From assembly GCA_002269645.1 (NCBI GenBank), contig NIVC01000110.1, positions 806,001 to 870,000 of the forward strand: a stretch of DNA of 64,000 nucleotides, written 5' to 3'. Source of the stretch: Macrostomum lignano (Eukaryota). Below the pieces are notes generated by a model that saw only the letters and a program-made list of their open reading frames with translations, did not search any database and had not been told where the DNA came from. A program made the translations under genes and the position numbers. Positions 1 through 11,789 of this stretch are shown here, piece after piece. How positions within the stretch are numbered: position 1 is the first letter of the stretch; every line of letters starts with the position of its first letter.

Positions 1-2623
1 CAAGGATCTAAGGCCTACAGACACCCATCAAACGTCTTGGAAGCGGGGGTCGACAGACAATAAGTAGAACTGCATTTTCGCCATCTGATTTTCACTTTTC
101 CGCCTTTCCCGTCTCTTTCCCAACTCCCGGCCATTTTTCCACCGTTGTCTTATTTAACTTCTTATTAAACTTCAAGTATTTGAGGTCCGGCTCATGGCGA
201 GATTCGGTTGTAAAAGTTTATTCGCATTAACCAGTGCTAACTAAATTAATTTGAATCAATAGTCTAAATTTACCGAGTTAAGTATAGGGATCAAAACCTT
301 ATCCATCAGCCGTTATTATCTGAGCAAAAAGAATTTGTGCTCAATCAGACTCTCTATCTGGAATGGTTTTCACTCTTGTTAATCAATCACTTGTATCAGT
401 TCTTCATCACCAGCCGCTGCGGCTATTGGGGAGTCTGGTAGGACACGAAGGTAGCTTCAAATTCTCAAATCGCTCCAAGTAGGATTGTCTAGAAGCAACT
501 ATTTTTCATATCGCAAGCATTGCATGTCCAAAGGGGCTGGTGTTGCTGGTGGAGCCACCCGTTTAAATGGCGGGTGATTTGCGGGCTTAGGCATTGGGTA
601 GCCTCTCCAGCCGTCCATGTTGCTGCCCTCCTTGGCAAGATAAGCTGCGGGCTCGTTACCTAGGATATTGCTGTGACCGGGTGTCCAGGTGATTCTGATC
701 CCTGTTAAGGACTGACAGAGATTAAAACTGCGGCAGCATTGAGATATGCGCTATACATGTAGTTTCAGTGGAAATTTTAACCGTGGTTGAGGCCTTGATA
801 ACGGCTTGACTACGAGCTATCAGTGTAAAATGCATATTGAAATTTCTGGGCACACAGCTGCTCAATGGCGAAAAACCGAGGTGTTCTCGTGGAGCTGCAG
901 TCTTTCCTGAAAGAGCGTCTTGCCCTCGTGAAAGATGGCGATGCCCGCTCCACCGCGAGCCGTCAGCGGAGCAGCGAATGCACTGGCTACGCCAGTTCAC
1001 AACATCTAGTGGGCCGTGCTGTCTCGACCAAGGATGGCGGTCTGGAAGCCCCGCTTGATGTTGAGAGTGGAGAGACGGCTATCCACATCGCCCGCTGGAT
1101 GTGGACGTTGAAAAGGTCACGACGGATATGCGGGATTTGACTTTTCATCGAGGCCAGAGGGTTCAGTGACTAATTTTTATCGTTTCATCTCCAAAACGTC
1201 GGGAGGCGGATTTTATAGCCTCCGCCCTCATAAATAAATGGAGCGGAGGTAAATTAAGGATAATGTTCAGCCCCTCGATCCGGGTTGATGGTTACGCACC
1301 TGTGTTGGCGTTACAGATGCTGCGCCAGGCGCTCGCGTGCGGTCTGCTGTCTTCTGTAGCTTGTCTTCCGTCTTCTGCCTTTTGTATTTTGTCTTCTGTC
1401 TGTTGTATTTTGTCTTTTGTCTTGTGTCTCGTGTCTGAGATCAATTACCTCTGGATAGGGGTTAGGGAATGAATGAGTCAATACTGCTCATCGATTTCCG
1501 TCTAGCGAGAGAGTCAGTGACAATAAAGTACAGATCCAATCTAGCAATGGAGAAGCACAGGAAATTTAAATATTTGTATCGATTTTTCCTACTCAAAAGT
1601 AACTTCTTAAATCAGGTTAGTCCGGTACAATCCAATCAATCCATCAATCAATAATCAATATTACAATCGCTAATTATCAATAATAATCGACATTAATTGG
1701 GGAGAAAAATGGTGAATGAGTTCAAGGATGAGCCTAAAGACGAGATTAGGATGATAATAAGGATGTAAACTTGTGGTCTTGAGCAAAGCTTGACTCCCTA
1801 TATAAGACGCAATTGAAAGCCATAAAAGCGAGGTCTGCATCCAAGGCACCGTTACAAGCTGAGGCCTTACTCATGTAGGTAGGGAAAAGTGCAATTTAAA
1901 CATTGTACGTGGGACGTCAATGTACGAATGCAGTCTCATGACGATCGCATGAACAGAAGCGCACGTTGCCATGGTTCTGATGATGAGTTAGTCACAGGCT
2001 CTACCCCCACTCCATTCTGTATGAGTTACCCGACTTAGGGTAGATTAGACAGATTTTCTCCCTGTCTGGAAAGTACAGCACATGCTAGTGCAACAGTAAA
2101 TATCCCATTGTGTGAAGCGAACACCAATGAAAAGCGTTATAGAAAAGATAAATGTACGCAATTGCGTTTAGTGAGAATGCAGCTCCCGCTCCTCCTCCTT
2201 TCTCTTCTCGCACTTTCCCCATTCTCCCAACTTCCTAGTCCGGATTAATCTGAATGTACTCAGAGGATATCCATCAACTAACCACATCTAGACTCGAAAG
2301 ACTTACAAGGAACCTCTTTATTTGAATCAGCCCGGGACTGCAAAATAACGGCCCAACTCAGAGATCACCTGGAGACTCACGTCAAGATGGAAGTACGACA
2401 GTATTGAAAAGTAAGTAGCCTGTGGCTCTCCTCTTCACTGAATTGCTGAACAAAATTGCACGATTAACTTATGTTTGAGACTGTAACAATCAAGGAAGCA
2501 GTAGAAATAAAACATTCATGTTCAGGGTTGGAGATCGAGAGAGACTTGTTTAACTGATTAGAAGCACAGGGGCGATTGTGGACATTGTCAGAGAGAGAGA
2601 GAGAGAGGGGGAGGGTTCTAAAG
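1..2623. repeat. Intergenic spacer unit of the ANK-cGLR array (uninterrupted copy)
   Basis: 1-~1130 matches 19594-21057 and, inverted, ~48050-49290; ~1130-2623 matches 44553-47612. This copy lacks the Gypsy, the 443-bp MITE and the 309-bp insert, so it shows their empty sites. Confidence 0.85.
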
Positions 2624-3685
2624 AAGAATAAAAAACGAAAAATTGAGTAGCTTCTGTGAGTTTCAATCATCATTCTGTAACAGTTGATTCACTAAAAAAC
2701 TCTAACAGACTCTAAACTCTAACTCTAACAGATGATTCACTAAAAACAGATTAACCACCAATTCTTATAAATCCTGCTGGTTCTCAAGTGTTTGAAATTA
2801 ATCCAAGATTTGCTAATTCTGTGACTTCTTCAAAACCGAGTGCCACTTAAATGCTTGATACCCGAATTCGGGTTGTGAATTAGTTGCTATGCCGTTGAAA
2901 TCCTGCGGTCGGTGCGCAATAGATGTTTCGTGTTCAGCATAAACATTGAACTGGGTATTGAAAACAGACAGCTGACTGCAGAAGCAATAGCAAGGACATA
3001 GCTAACCGACTACAGTTGTAGTTTTAGTTACAGTTGTAGCTAACCGACTACAGTTGTAGTTAAAATAAGTAATTTTAACTTATTGATCGATTAACTTCAA
3101 TTCAACAGGCTAAAAAATTATACCAATGGCGCCGATATAAACGCGAAGCGCCTACTTCACGCGCCGAGTGGCCTTTATATGTACTGGAAAATGCAAAAAT
3201 TCACAAAAGTAGGCTGGTGTAGGCCACTATATGCATTATATTTACTTAAAGTAGTCTCAAAGGCATTCATTAGCATAAATTACACATATATGTAAAAACG
3301 AAGTGTGTTTCGATGCATATCGTCAAAATGGTTCGATTCCCGTGCGCGGACGCATTCATGTGGGGCTTAGCTCGTATGTCAAGGGGGTTGTATAATTCAA
3401 AGGCATGAAGACAAACCCTCAAAGCAAATAGGGTGCACATGCCTGACGATTCGAAAATCAGGGCTGCTGTACACCCTGTGTGCATGGGTTACAGTATAGT
3501 ATTGGCGTGCTCTATGTGCTCCGGAGTGGGAAGTAAGGAGAGAAGACAGACAGAGCTGTGAAATCGAAGTGGATGCACCGACTCTGTTGCATATTTCTTT
3601 TTATTTTGCAAAACTTAGCAACTAGTGAAGCTTTAAATGTTCACTTAATTTTCTAGAAACAGAGCACAGTGCAGAACAGAAAGTC

Positions 3686-6600
3686 ATGACGGAACACGAA
3701 CCGCCTCCGGTCACATTCGGGCGACCTCTTGGCCGACCTGAGCCGCCGCAGTTCGATTCGGTGCTCGAGTCGCTCGAGTCGGGAGACTGCGGCCTCCTCA
3801 CTGAGTGGCTCAGCCGTGGCGGCAGTCCTGACGAGCAGGACTCTAACGGCAGGTCCTTCCTTCACGTCGCCAGCTTTCTAGGAAATGCAGACGCCGCGCA
3901 GCTGCTCGTGGAGGCCTCAGCGAACGTCGACCTGGCCGCAGCTGACGGCTTTACGCCGCTGCACGAGGCCGTCCTCGGTGGCAGCGAGCGACTGACGCGG
4001 CTGCTGCTGCGAGCCGGAGCGAGTCCAGCCGTCCGAACAGTGAGCGGCGCCCTGCCGATGCACCTAGCCGCGATCATTGGGTCCGGCGACGACATCGCGC
4101 GGCTGCTGGCCGGACCGACCTGCGCCGCCACCGACAGCCGTCAGGCTGCCACCGGTCTCGGGCCGCTGCGGACTCCGCTGTTTCTAAGCGTCTTCTACGG
4201 CCGGGCTGGCGCTGTGGACGCTCTGACTGCCGCCGGGGCCGACTCGAACTGCTGCACATCGGAGATCGTGATGGATTCTCAGCTTCTTCTCTTTGAAGGC
4301 AGGCCGGCGATGAGCGCCGCGGCGAGGCTGGGCAATGCCGAAATCGTTCGAATATTGCTGAGTGTCGCTGCAGATCCCGACAGGCGGAACCCGAACTGCC
4401 CTCGTGGATTAACTCCACTGCATGAAGCTGTATTATTTAGGAACATTGACGTCATGAGCCACTTGATTAGCGCAGGTGTGAATGTCGAAATTACGGATGA
4501 AAAAGGCTTCACTCCTCTTCAATTTTGCGCGGTAAGCGACAGTGCGACTGAGGCAGCCGCAGTTCTCATCAGAGCCGGAGCCAAAGTTGATTCATCATCA
4601 GATGCTGGTTTAGCGCCTCTCCATATCGCAGCCTATTCGGGTTGTAAGGAGGTCGCGAAGCTGCTGATCGGTGCCAGGGCGAATGTCGACATTACGGATA
4701 AAAAAGGCTGCACTAATCTTCAATATGGCGTGGTAAATGACTGCGCGACTGAGGCAGCTGCCAGAGCCAATGTTGACTCATCATCAGATACTGGTGAAAC
4801 GCCTCTTCATCTCTCAGTCAGGTGTGGTTGTCAGGAGGTCGCAAAGCTGCTGATCGGTGCCAGGGCGAATGTCGACGCTCAAGACTTGGATGGCGACACG
4901 CCGCTGCACACAGCAGTTCATAAAAGAAGAGCAGAGCTGGTTGCCATGCTGCTCAGAGCTGGAGCCAGGGTCGACCTCCTGAACAGCAATGGCCGAACTC
5001 CCCTGGCCCTGGCCGTTAATAAAGAAAACCAAGAGATCGTCAGCGAGCTGATTCGAGCTGGAGCTTCAGTCGATATGAGCAGCAATAACAATGAGGATTT
5101 GGTCATGCAGGCCATTTCGGATCGGCAGCTGTCCATGGCTCGGATCCTGATTGACGCTTCTGCCTACATCGATAGAGAAAACAGCTTAGAGTGGTTTAAC
5201 TTTGCATTGTCGACTGGTTTCACAGAGGCGGTGCAACTTCTGATCGATGCTGGTGTCGGCTTGGATCAGACAGGGTCGATGGGCCGCTTTCTAGCGGGTC
5301 TTTCTATGTTTCCACGAAATGAGTCAGTCAGAAAGTTGCTGCTTGCTTCTGGAGCGGAAATGCCACCGGATGTGATTATCAGTTGCTTTTCAGCCCCCTT
5401 CAGCCCCCTTTTAGCCCCCTTCTCAGCCCCCCAGCCGTCCAGACCAGCCGCAGCGCCGACCATCCGGTCAGCGGAGGAGCAGCGCCAGTTCAGCTCGCGG
5501 CTGTCCGAAGCCATGCGAGCCGCCGGGTTCAAGCAGGCCAACGCGGCAGTTCAGAGCGGCGCTGCGGCCGCGCTGCAAGACATCCTGAGAGACCTGCAGG
5601 ACAACAAGAACATCTTCGTGTTCGGCAGCTTCGCAGACGGATGGGGCAGCAGCCTGGAGACTCTGAACGGGGAGATCAGTCCGGACTCCGACATTGACGT
5701 CACCTGCTTGGAGTCCAGTAGACTTCTGTGCCTGGACTGCGGCTCTGCCGGTTGGACCGCCTGCAGTGGCTGCGACAGAGATGCAATCCGAGTGCAGTGC
5801 AAGAACGGGCACGCCTACTATGAGCATGGCTGTGAGTAGCTCAGTGCTTCTATTTCGTGAGAGTGTGATCATATAAGCCAGTGACTTTGAGTGTGTAGGC
5901 CCTCTGGTTTAGCAGATGAATGCTGACAGCTGTGGCTGGTTTCGTGCGCTTTGACCCGGCTCTAAGGGTTCTATATTGACGCAGGCAGTGGAGCCTACAG
6001 GACTGCGTCAGGTTTTGGCATTCACACAGACTGCTGTCAGGGTGGTAGGTCTGAGACAGACAGAGACACTTTCTGCATTAGTTATTTGCCTTTCCCTGCT
6101 CTCTGCTCGTCAGCTGCACTGTGCAAAGTAAAGTAAAGGCATTTAGTGTGTCTGGATTACTATAGTAGCTACAGAAATAACAGATAGAGAATCAATAGAT
6201 TGGTGGCTATAAGACTCTAGCCTGCCGCTAACTAGAACCTTACATATGATTAATAGTAACTCAAACGAGGTAGAATATGCTTGGATGTTATTTACCGATC
6301 AACCGTATAATATATTTACTACTGCATTTTCAATGTTTGTATGAATAAGTAAATAAGCAAATGAGCGAGCTACAAGCAGGGAGAATAAGTCTGAGACACT
6401 ACTGTATAACTAAGCTACTCAAATACTCCTATTAATCTATTATTATATATATAAATAAATTACGCGTATCTACTTGGTCTGAGACCGATACGCTACTATT
6501 CATAAATATAAGGATGTTAATATAAAATTATAAAAAATTACGGAGAATTATGTAAAATTACGGAGCGTCGCTCCGTAACAAGGTTTTGATGCAGAAGAAG

Positions 6601-9251
6601 GGCTTTTGCTGGAATCAAGATGTATTGAAGTTGTTATCATTATGTCAGCATTGTTGCCTGCAGCAGCGTTTCTTTAGCCACACGCACCGTCTTACACATT
6701 CACAGCCACGGGACCCAACATGGCGACAAATCAGTCAGTGAAGCCTATAGGAGGAAGTTCGACTCAGGTGATGCAGCAGTGCAACACGGGCCCCACACTG
6801 GCAGGATTGTCTGCATGAAGTCTGGGCATTTACACATACTGCTGTAGTTAGGGTGGGTGGCCTGGGGGCAAACACTTTCCGTCCTCTCTTCTCTTCAGCT
6901 GTAGTCCGCCATGGCAAAGAGCAACTCTAACGGTATTTAATGTGTGCGGATTAGTTGTTTGGCTATCCCTGCTCTCTGCTCTTCAGCTGGACTCCGTTAA
7001 AGTAAGGAGCTATTATCCCGGAATCTAATGTGTGTGAATTTTTAGCCTCAGCAAAAACAGACAGACAGTGGAGGAAAATTTGGTGGCGCGGCTCCCTACC
7101 AAGTCCTGATGCTGCAGAAAAGTTTTGCTGGAATCAAGATAAACTAAAGCTCAAAACATAATTTAGTCAGCATTGTTGTCGACACATCCATCTACACATT
7201 TACAGCCACGGGACCCAACAAGGCAAGGAATCAACCATCAAAGTTCACAGCGATTTTTTCTGCTAGCCACGTGGATTTCGATTTAATATCTGCCGTGCCC
7301 TGCTGCCGCTACCCCCACATCGAGCTGCTGCAGCCCGGCTACTCAAACTGCAGAGGCCAGCCGTCCCAGATGTCTCAGCGCATCCTGAACCAGCTCAACC
7401 AGGAGGCTCTCGGCGACTCTCCAAAGTGCCACGCGGTCGCTGCATCGCCTCCTCACAAACGGCCTGGCAGCTGCATGCGGGTGAGCACAACCCTGCTGGA
7501 GAGAGCCGTCATGCACAGCCTCACCACCGTGCAGGGCCAGTTCTTCATCCTCGTCAAGTTCCTCATCAAGAAGGTGATCAGCATCGAGATGAAGGTGAGC
7601 GGTCTGAAGACGTACATGGCCAAGAACCTGCTGTTCTACATGCTCGACGAGACGCCGGAAGAAGAATGGAAGCCAGACAACTTGCTGCAACTCGTGCGGC
7701 AATCACTGCAGCTGCTGGTTGAGATGATGGAGAGCTCAGACTCCGATGCAGTGTGCATGAAGCACTTCTTCCTACGAGATGCCGACGTGTACTTCAAGAA
7801 GGGTCAGCAGCCGAAGAAGGACATTGTGGATGCGGTCAATGGGGTGATTGACGAGCTTCCTCGCTGGCTGCATCAATTCCAAGGCCAGTTGAGAGAAAAT
7901 GCGAGCAACTCTGTGCGGTTCGAGCCTTTTCAGCTGTTGATTGGTTTACCTAAGTTTCGTGACGTGCAGCGGTACTCAGGCTACAGCTCAATCTACGGCT
8001 TGGTGAGGCATTGCCTGCTTAAACTCGGCTCAGACCGGCGGGGTCAGTGGGAGTCCGAGCACCTGTCGGAGCTGCTGCAGCTGATCGGTGAGCTGCCAGA
8101 CTGCGCCAGATCAGCCAGAGAGAGCCTCAGGCTGATGGCGCATCTCAAAGTCGGAGCACCGCTGGATGCGGCCGGTGCTGCAGCAGAACTGACGGGCCAG
8201 GAGAGCAGCGGCATCGAGTGTCCGGAGAGTCCTGGCGGAGGTAGCGAGCTGCTGTCGGTGAGCGAGGCGAAGGAGCTCGTGCGGCGGCACCTTGAGGAGA
8301 CCGACTCTGCCGCCGTTTTTGATTTTAATTTTGAAGAGGGACTGGATTTTGGATTTCTGCCATCTCGCGGCAATTTATCACTGATCAACTCTGCAGGAAG
8401 CAGATTCGAGTCGGACTTTAGTGGAACAAAAATTCCGAAAGTTGATTTTAGAAAACTTCTGGCGAGTCTGGCTGCTCAGGATGAAGCAGCTTCCATTGAG
8501 ATGCAGAATGTTGAGCCCAACCTGCAAATTATTTCAGCTGTGTCCAGCAAATTCTTAGTTTTAGTTTCGGAATTTGATGATGAGAATGTTAGTTCCTTTT
8601 TCAACATGCTGAGTGAAATTATTCAGCAGGTTCCGCAACTTTTCGATTTTGTTTTCCATATGGTGAGATTGCGGCACAATTATCTGCTTAGTGTTTCTCC
8701 CCTGACTTTCGTGACGATTCTGAATTTCCAGGTTGAAAATTTTCCTGAGTTTCGGAGCTTCATGGTTAACTTCATAGCGGGTGGGCTGCATTGCATCCTC
8801 CAGGACAAGACACCAGAAGATCTCGTCAACCTCAGAGCCGAAGCCACGGATCCGCAGGCCCTGCAGCAGTTCCTGCAGTCAGAAATCGATGCCGTACCGA
8901 GCGACCCTGACTTGCCATCTTCTCTACAGCCTTTTCTCGAGCGAATCCATGAATTCGTACGTCTGAATTAAATTTAAACAATTTTTTATCCAATTTCAAT
9001 TTAGGTAGCCATGTAAAGTTGCAGCAGTTGTAAATACTTGAAACAGCAGATGGTGATTGAACTGTCAGTAAAGTTTTTGTGAATTCTATGTTCTGCCTTT
9101 GCCACCATTCCAGCTTCAGGATGAAAGAATTTTAAGCCTACTCACGGTGCTGCTGCCCATGGCGCTGGATGCAGCTGAGAGGCTGAGATCTGAGGATGAA
9201 GCTGGCGAGATGCGGCAGCTGCCCGGACCGCAAGAGGATGCTGAGGGCTGA
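3686..9251 (+). CDS. Ankyrin-repeat + Mab-21/cGAS-like nucleotidyltransferase (ANK-cGLR copy 1). Predicted exons 3686-5831, 7206-8956 and 9114-9251 (~1340 aa); if exon 3 is unused it stops at 8971.
   Basis: About 11-12 ANK repeats (TPLH motifs), then the NTase motif FVFGSFADGWG..SPDSDIDV. Phase-1 donor GGCT|GTGAGT at 5831 joins in frame to acceptor TACAG|CC at 7206, giving the third Asp (VDFDLISAVPCCRYP) and the Mab-21 C-lobe (RVSTTLLER, VKFLIK, GLKTYMAKNLLFY, W..DNL, KHFFL). The exon 2/3 junction is inferred from matching phases in all three paralogs. Confidence 0.85.
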
Positions 9252-10319
9252 CTGCTGCATGGATTTGGATTGCTGCTGACTGACATTTCAGTTCACATGA
9301 CTTTGTCCGGATGGGAAGTCTCAGCATAAAGAGGCTGGACCCGTGCCCCTCCCAGATCCAGAAACTCATTTTTAATCAACCAGAGTTTTTGTTTAGAAAC
9401 TTTTTTTCAAGTTTTCTTCTGCACACCAGACAATTCATATTTATCATCCTTCAGTATATTTTACATTTTCTATTCCTTTCTTCTGTAATTTCCAGGGGCG
9501 TCGCCGTGGATTTTATGGTGGGGGACAAGCCAAGAATTCTGCATGACTCAATTCCTGCATCATTTTGTGAATCGGTGTTGTTAGCAACGTGAAGCAAAAT
9601 TATTGAACTCCAGAACGGGTCCCCATTGTTGAGTGGGGGAACAAAGCACTGGCATGTCCCCAGCTTTTACTTTGCTCAGCTTCTGCTTGCCCCTCCGGTG
9701 GCGACGCCCCAACAGATTTTCTGCATAACTATCAATAATCTCAAGATTCGAGATGTTTTCATAACCATGCGTGTAAAACTTGACTATCCAACATTTGTTT
9801 TCTTGGACAGTAGAGATCTTGGACTTTATCTTAGTTTTCTGCTATTTAAACAAATTTATCTTTACCAGCGTTAATTCTGCTTCAAGGATTTTATCAGTTT
9901 ACCAATATCAATTACTAATTATTTAACTACTGAAACCAAAAATATATTTTAATCGAGTCATTTATAGAATTCGACTCAGCCAAGCAGAATCCTCGATGCC
10001 AGTTTTTTGTCAAACAATTTTTAAAAATAAATTTCCGAATTATTGAATGATCTGTTTCTGTCAGCTAAGCTTTCAAACTGAGTAATATAATCACACTAAA
10101 GGGCTCATCAGAGTTCTAGATTCGGAGACAGTGGATGCTCACATCACTTGCACGAAACAAGAAACCATTACGTCAGAAGTCTGGGACACTGGGAGTTGCA
10201 CTGATGCAGCTGCAGCATCATCTTAACTGCAGTCTTTTGACATAAGCCTGCATTTTAGTTAGGGTCTGAGAGGCACCAGTCTTGGTATTGACCTTGAATT
10301 TGCTTTCAAAAGAAGTTTT

Positions 10320-10650
10320 AGAAGCAGGAGGCTGTGTGCACCCTATGGCGCACTTTAAGCGACATTGTCGCACAACCGGCGAGAGGCATTACTGCCCATT
10401 CTGCCGACTCCCCTGAGCAGGCACACAAGCGCGCGGATACGTACGCAGTCATACGCACAGGCACACACTCACACAGGAGTGCACAGCGGCCCCAACTTAT
10501 ATTTATCGTTAGGCATGTACACTTCACTGCGCCTTGGGGTTGGGCCTAAATTGAACGATCAGAGATTGATGTGACTGCATTTAGAATCGAGCCTGGGCCG
10601 CTGGCCCATCAGAGCACCGCAATGGACCACTGGGCTACGGCTGCGGCCCT
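10320..10650 (-). mobile_element. Probable tRNA-derived SINE
   Basis: On the minus strand, an A-box TAGCCCAGTGG (10637-10627) and a B-box-like GGCTCGATTC (10593-10584) at tRNA spacing (44 nt), followed by ~250 bp of GC-balanced body in AT-rich DNA. The 3' end is uncertain. Confidence 0.4.
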
Positions 10651-11174
10651 CCTAAGCGTCTAACATCCTCTTCTTTGAGTGTCTGCTTGGCTGTTCGACA
10701 ATTGTGACTTTCGCTCAGGTGCCGAGTCTCTGACTTTCGATCGTATTTAAGCAATTTTGCATTAAAGCTACTGACAGTAGTCAGACTGAGTTCTGACCTG
10801 GACTCGACCTACGTATGCATGTACCAGCCCAAGGGCTCTAAACGTTCAAGTAGCCTGGAAACCTACACGGATTTTCTGTCTTGGAGAAATATTTAAGCAA
10901 TCATTCATTCAATTCATGACGGTAGAAAGGCATCAGGGTCACCAGCAATCTGTTTTTACATAATTTCCCAGTATTCGGGACAAAGACCTGGTTCCAGATT
11001 CTTTCATTACTTTTATTGGGTTTAGAAATTTCTGAATAAGGAATTTATGACGCTTTCACCGACTGCAGCAGTACGAATGCTGTATGATTCACATCTCTTT
11101 TTCGAATTCTCTTCTGCACTTTTCTGTTATCGAATTTTCAGCACAATGAAACAGCAACTTTGGGCTGTGTCAAC

Positions 11175-11680
11175 CACCTGTGTGTTAGACAGCAGTGTCA
11201 CCTGTGTGTTAGACAGCAGTGTCACCTGTGTGTTAGACAGCAGTGTCACCTGTGTGTTAGACAGCAGTGTCACCTGTGTGTTAGACAGCAGTGTCACCTG
11301 TGTGTTAGACAGCAGTGTCACCTGTGTGTTAGACAGCAGTGTCACCTGTGTGTTAGACAGCAGTGTCACCTGTGTGTTAGACAGTAGTGTCACCTGTGTG
11401 TTAGACAGCAGTGTCACTTGTGTGTTAGACAGCAGTGTCACCTGTGTGTTAGACAGCAGTGTCACCTGTGTGTTAGACAGCAGTGTCACCTGTGTGTTAG
11501 ACAGCAGTGTCACCTGTGTGTTAGACAGCAGTGTCACCTGTGTGTTAGACAGTAGTGTCACCTGTGTGTTAGACAGCAGTGTCACTTGTGTGTTAGACAG
11601 CAGTGTCACCTGTGTGTTAGACAGCAGTGTCACCTGTGTGTTAGACAGCAGTGTCACCTGTGTGTTAGACAGGAGTGTCA
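11175..11680. repeat. 24-bp minisatellite (CACCTGTGTGTTAGACAGCAGTGT), ~21 copies
   Basis: Near-perfect tandem array read directly. Confidence 0.95.
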
Positions 11681-11789
11681 TCTTGATGATATGAAATCAC
11701 ACAAAACAGTTGAAATCCACAGGGCAGGATTTCGCTCCTTATTAAAACAAAGACTAGCTACCACAACAGCATTGCCCCCAAAAGGACCG

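Noticed and set aside
722-1654. Short ORFs in the repeated spacer (also 20917-21123 and 47684-48829)
   Set aside because: Frames and stops are not conserved among the three spacer copies.
2999-3061. Short duplication TAGCTAACCGACTACAGTTGTAG upstream of copy 1
   Set aside because: A local tandem duplication with no further support for function.
10584-10650. tRNA gene
   Set aside because: A and B boxes are present but I could not build acceptor and anticodon stems; treated as a SINE head.
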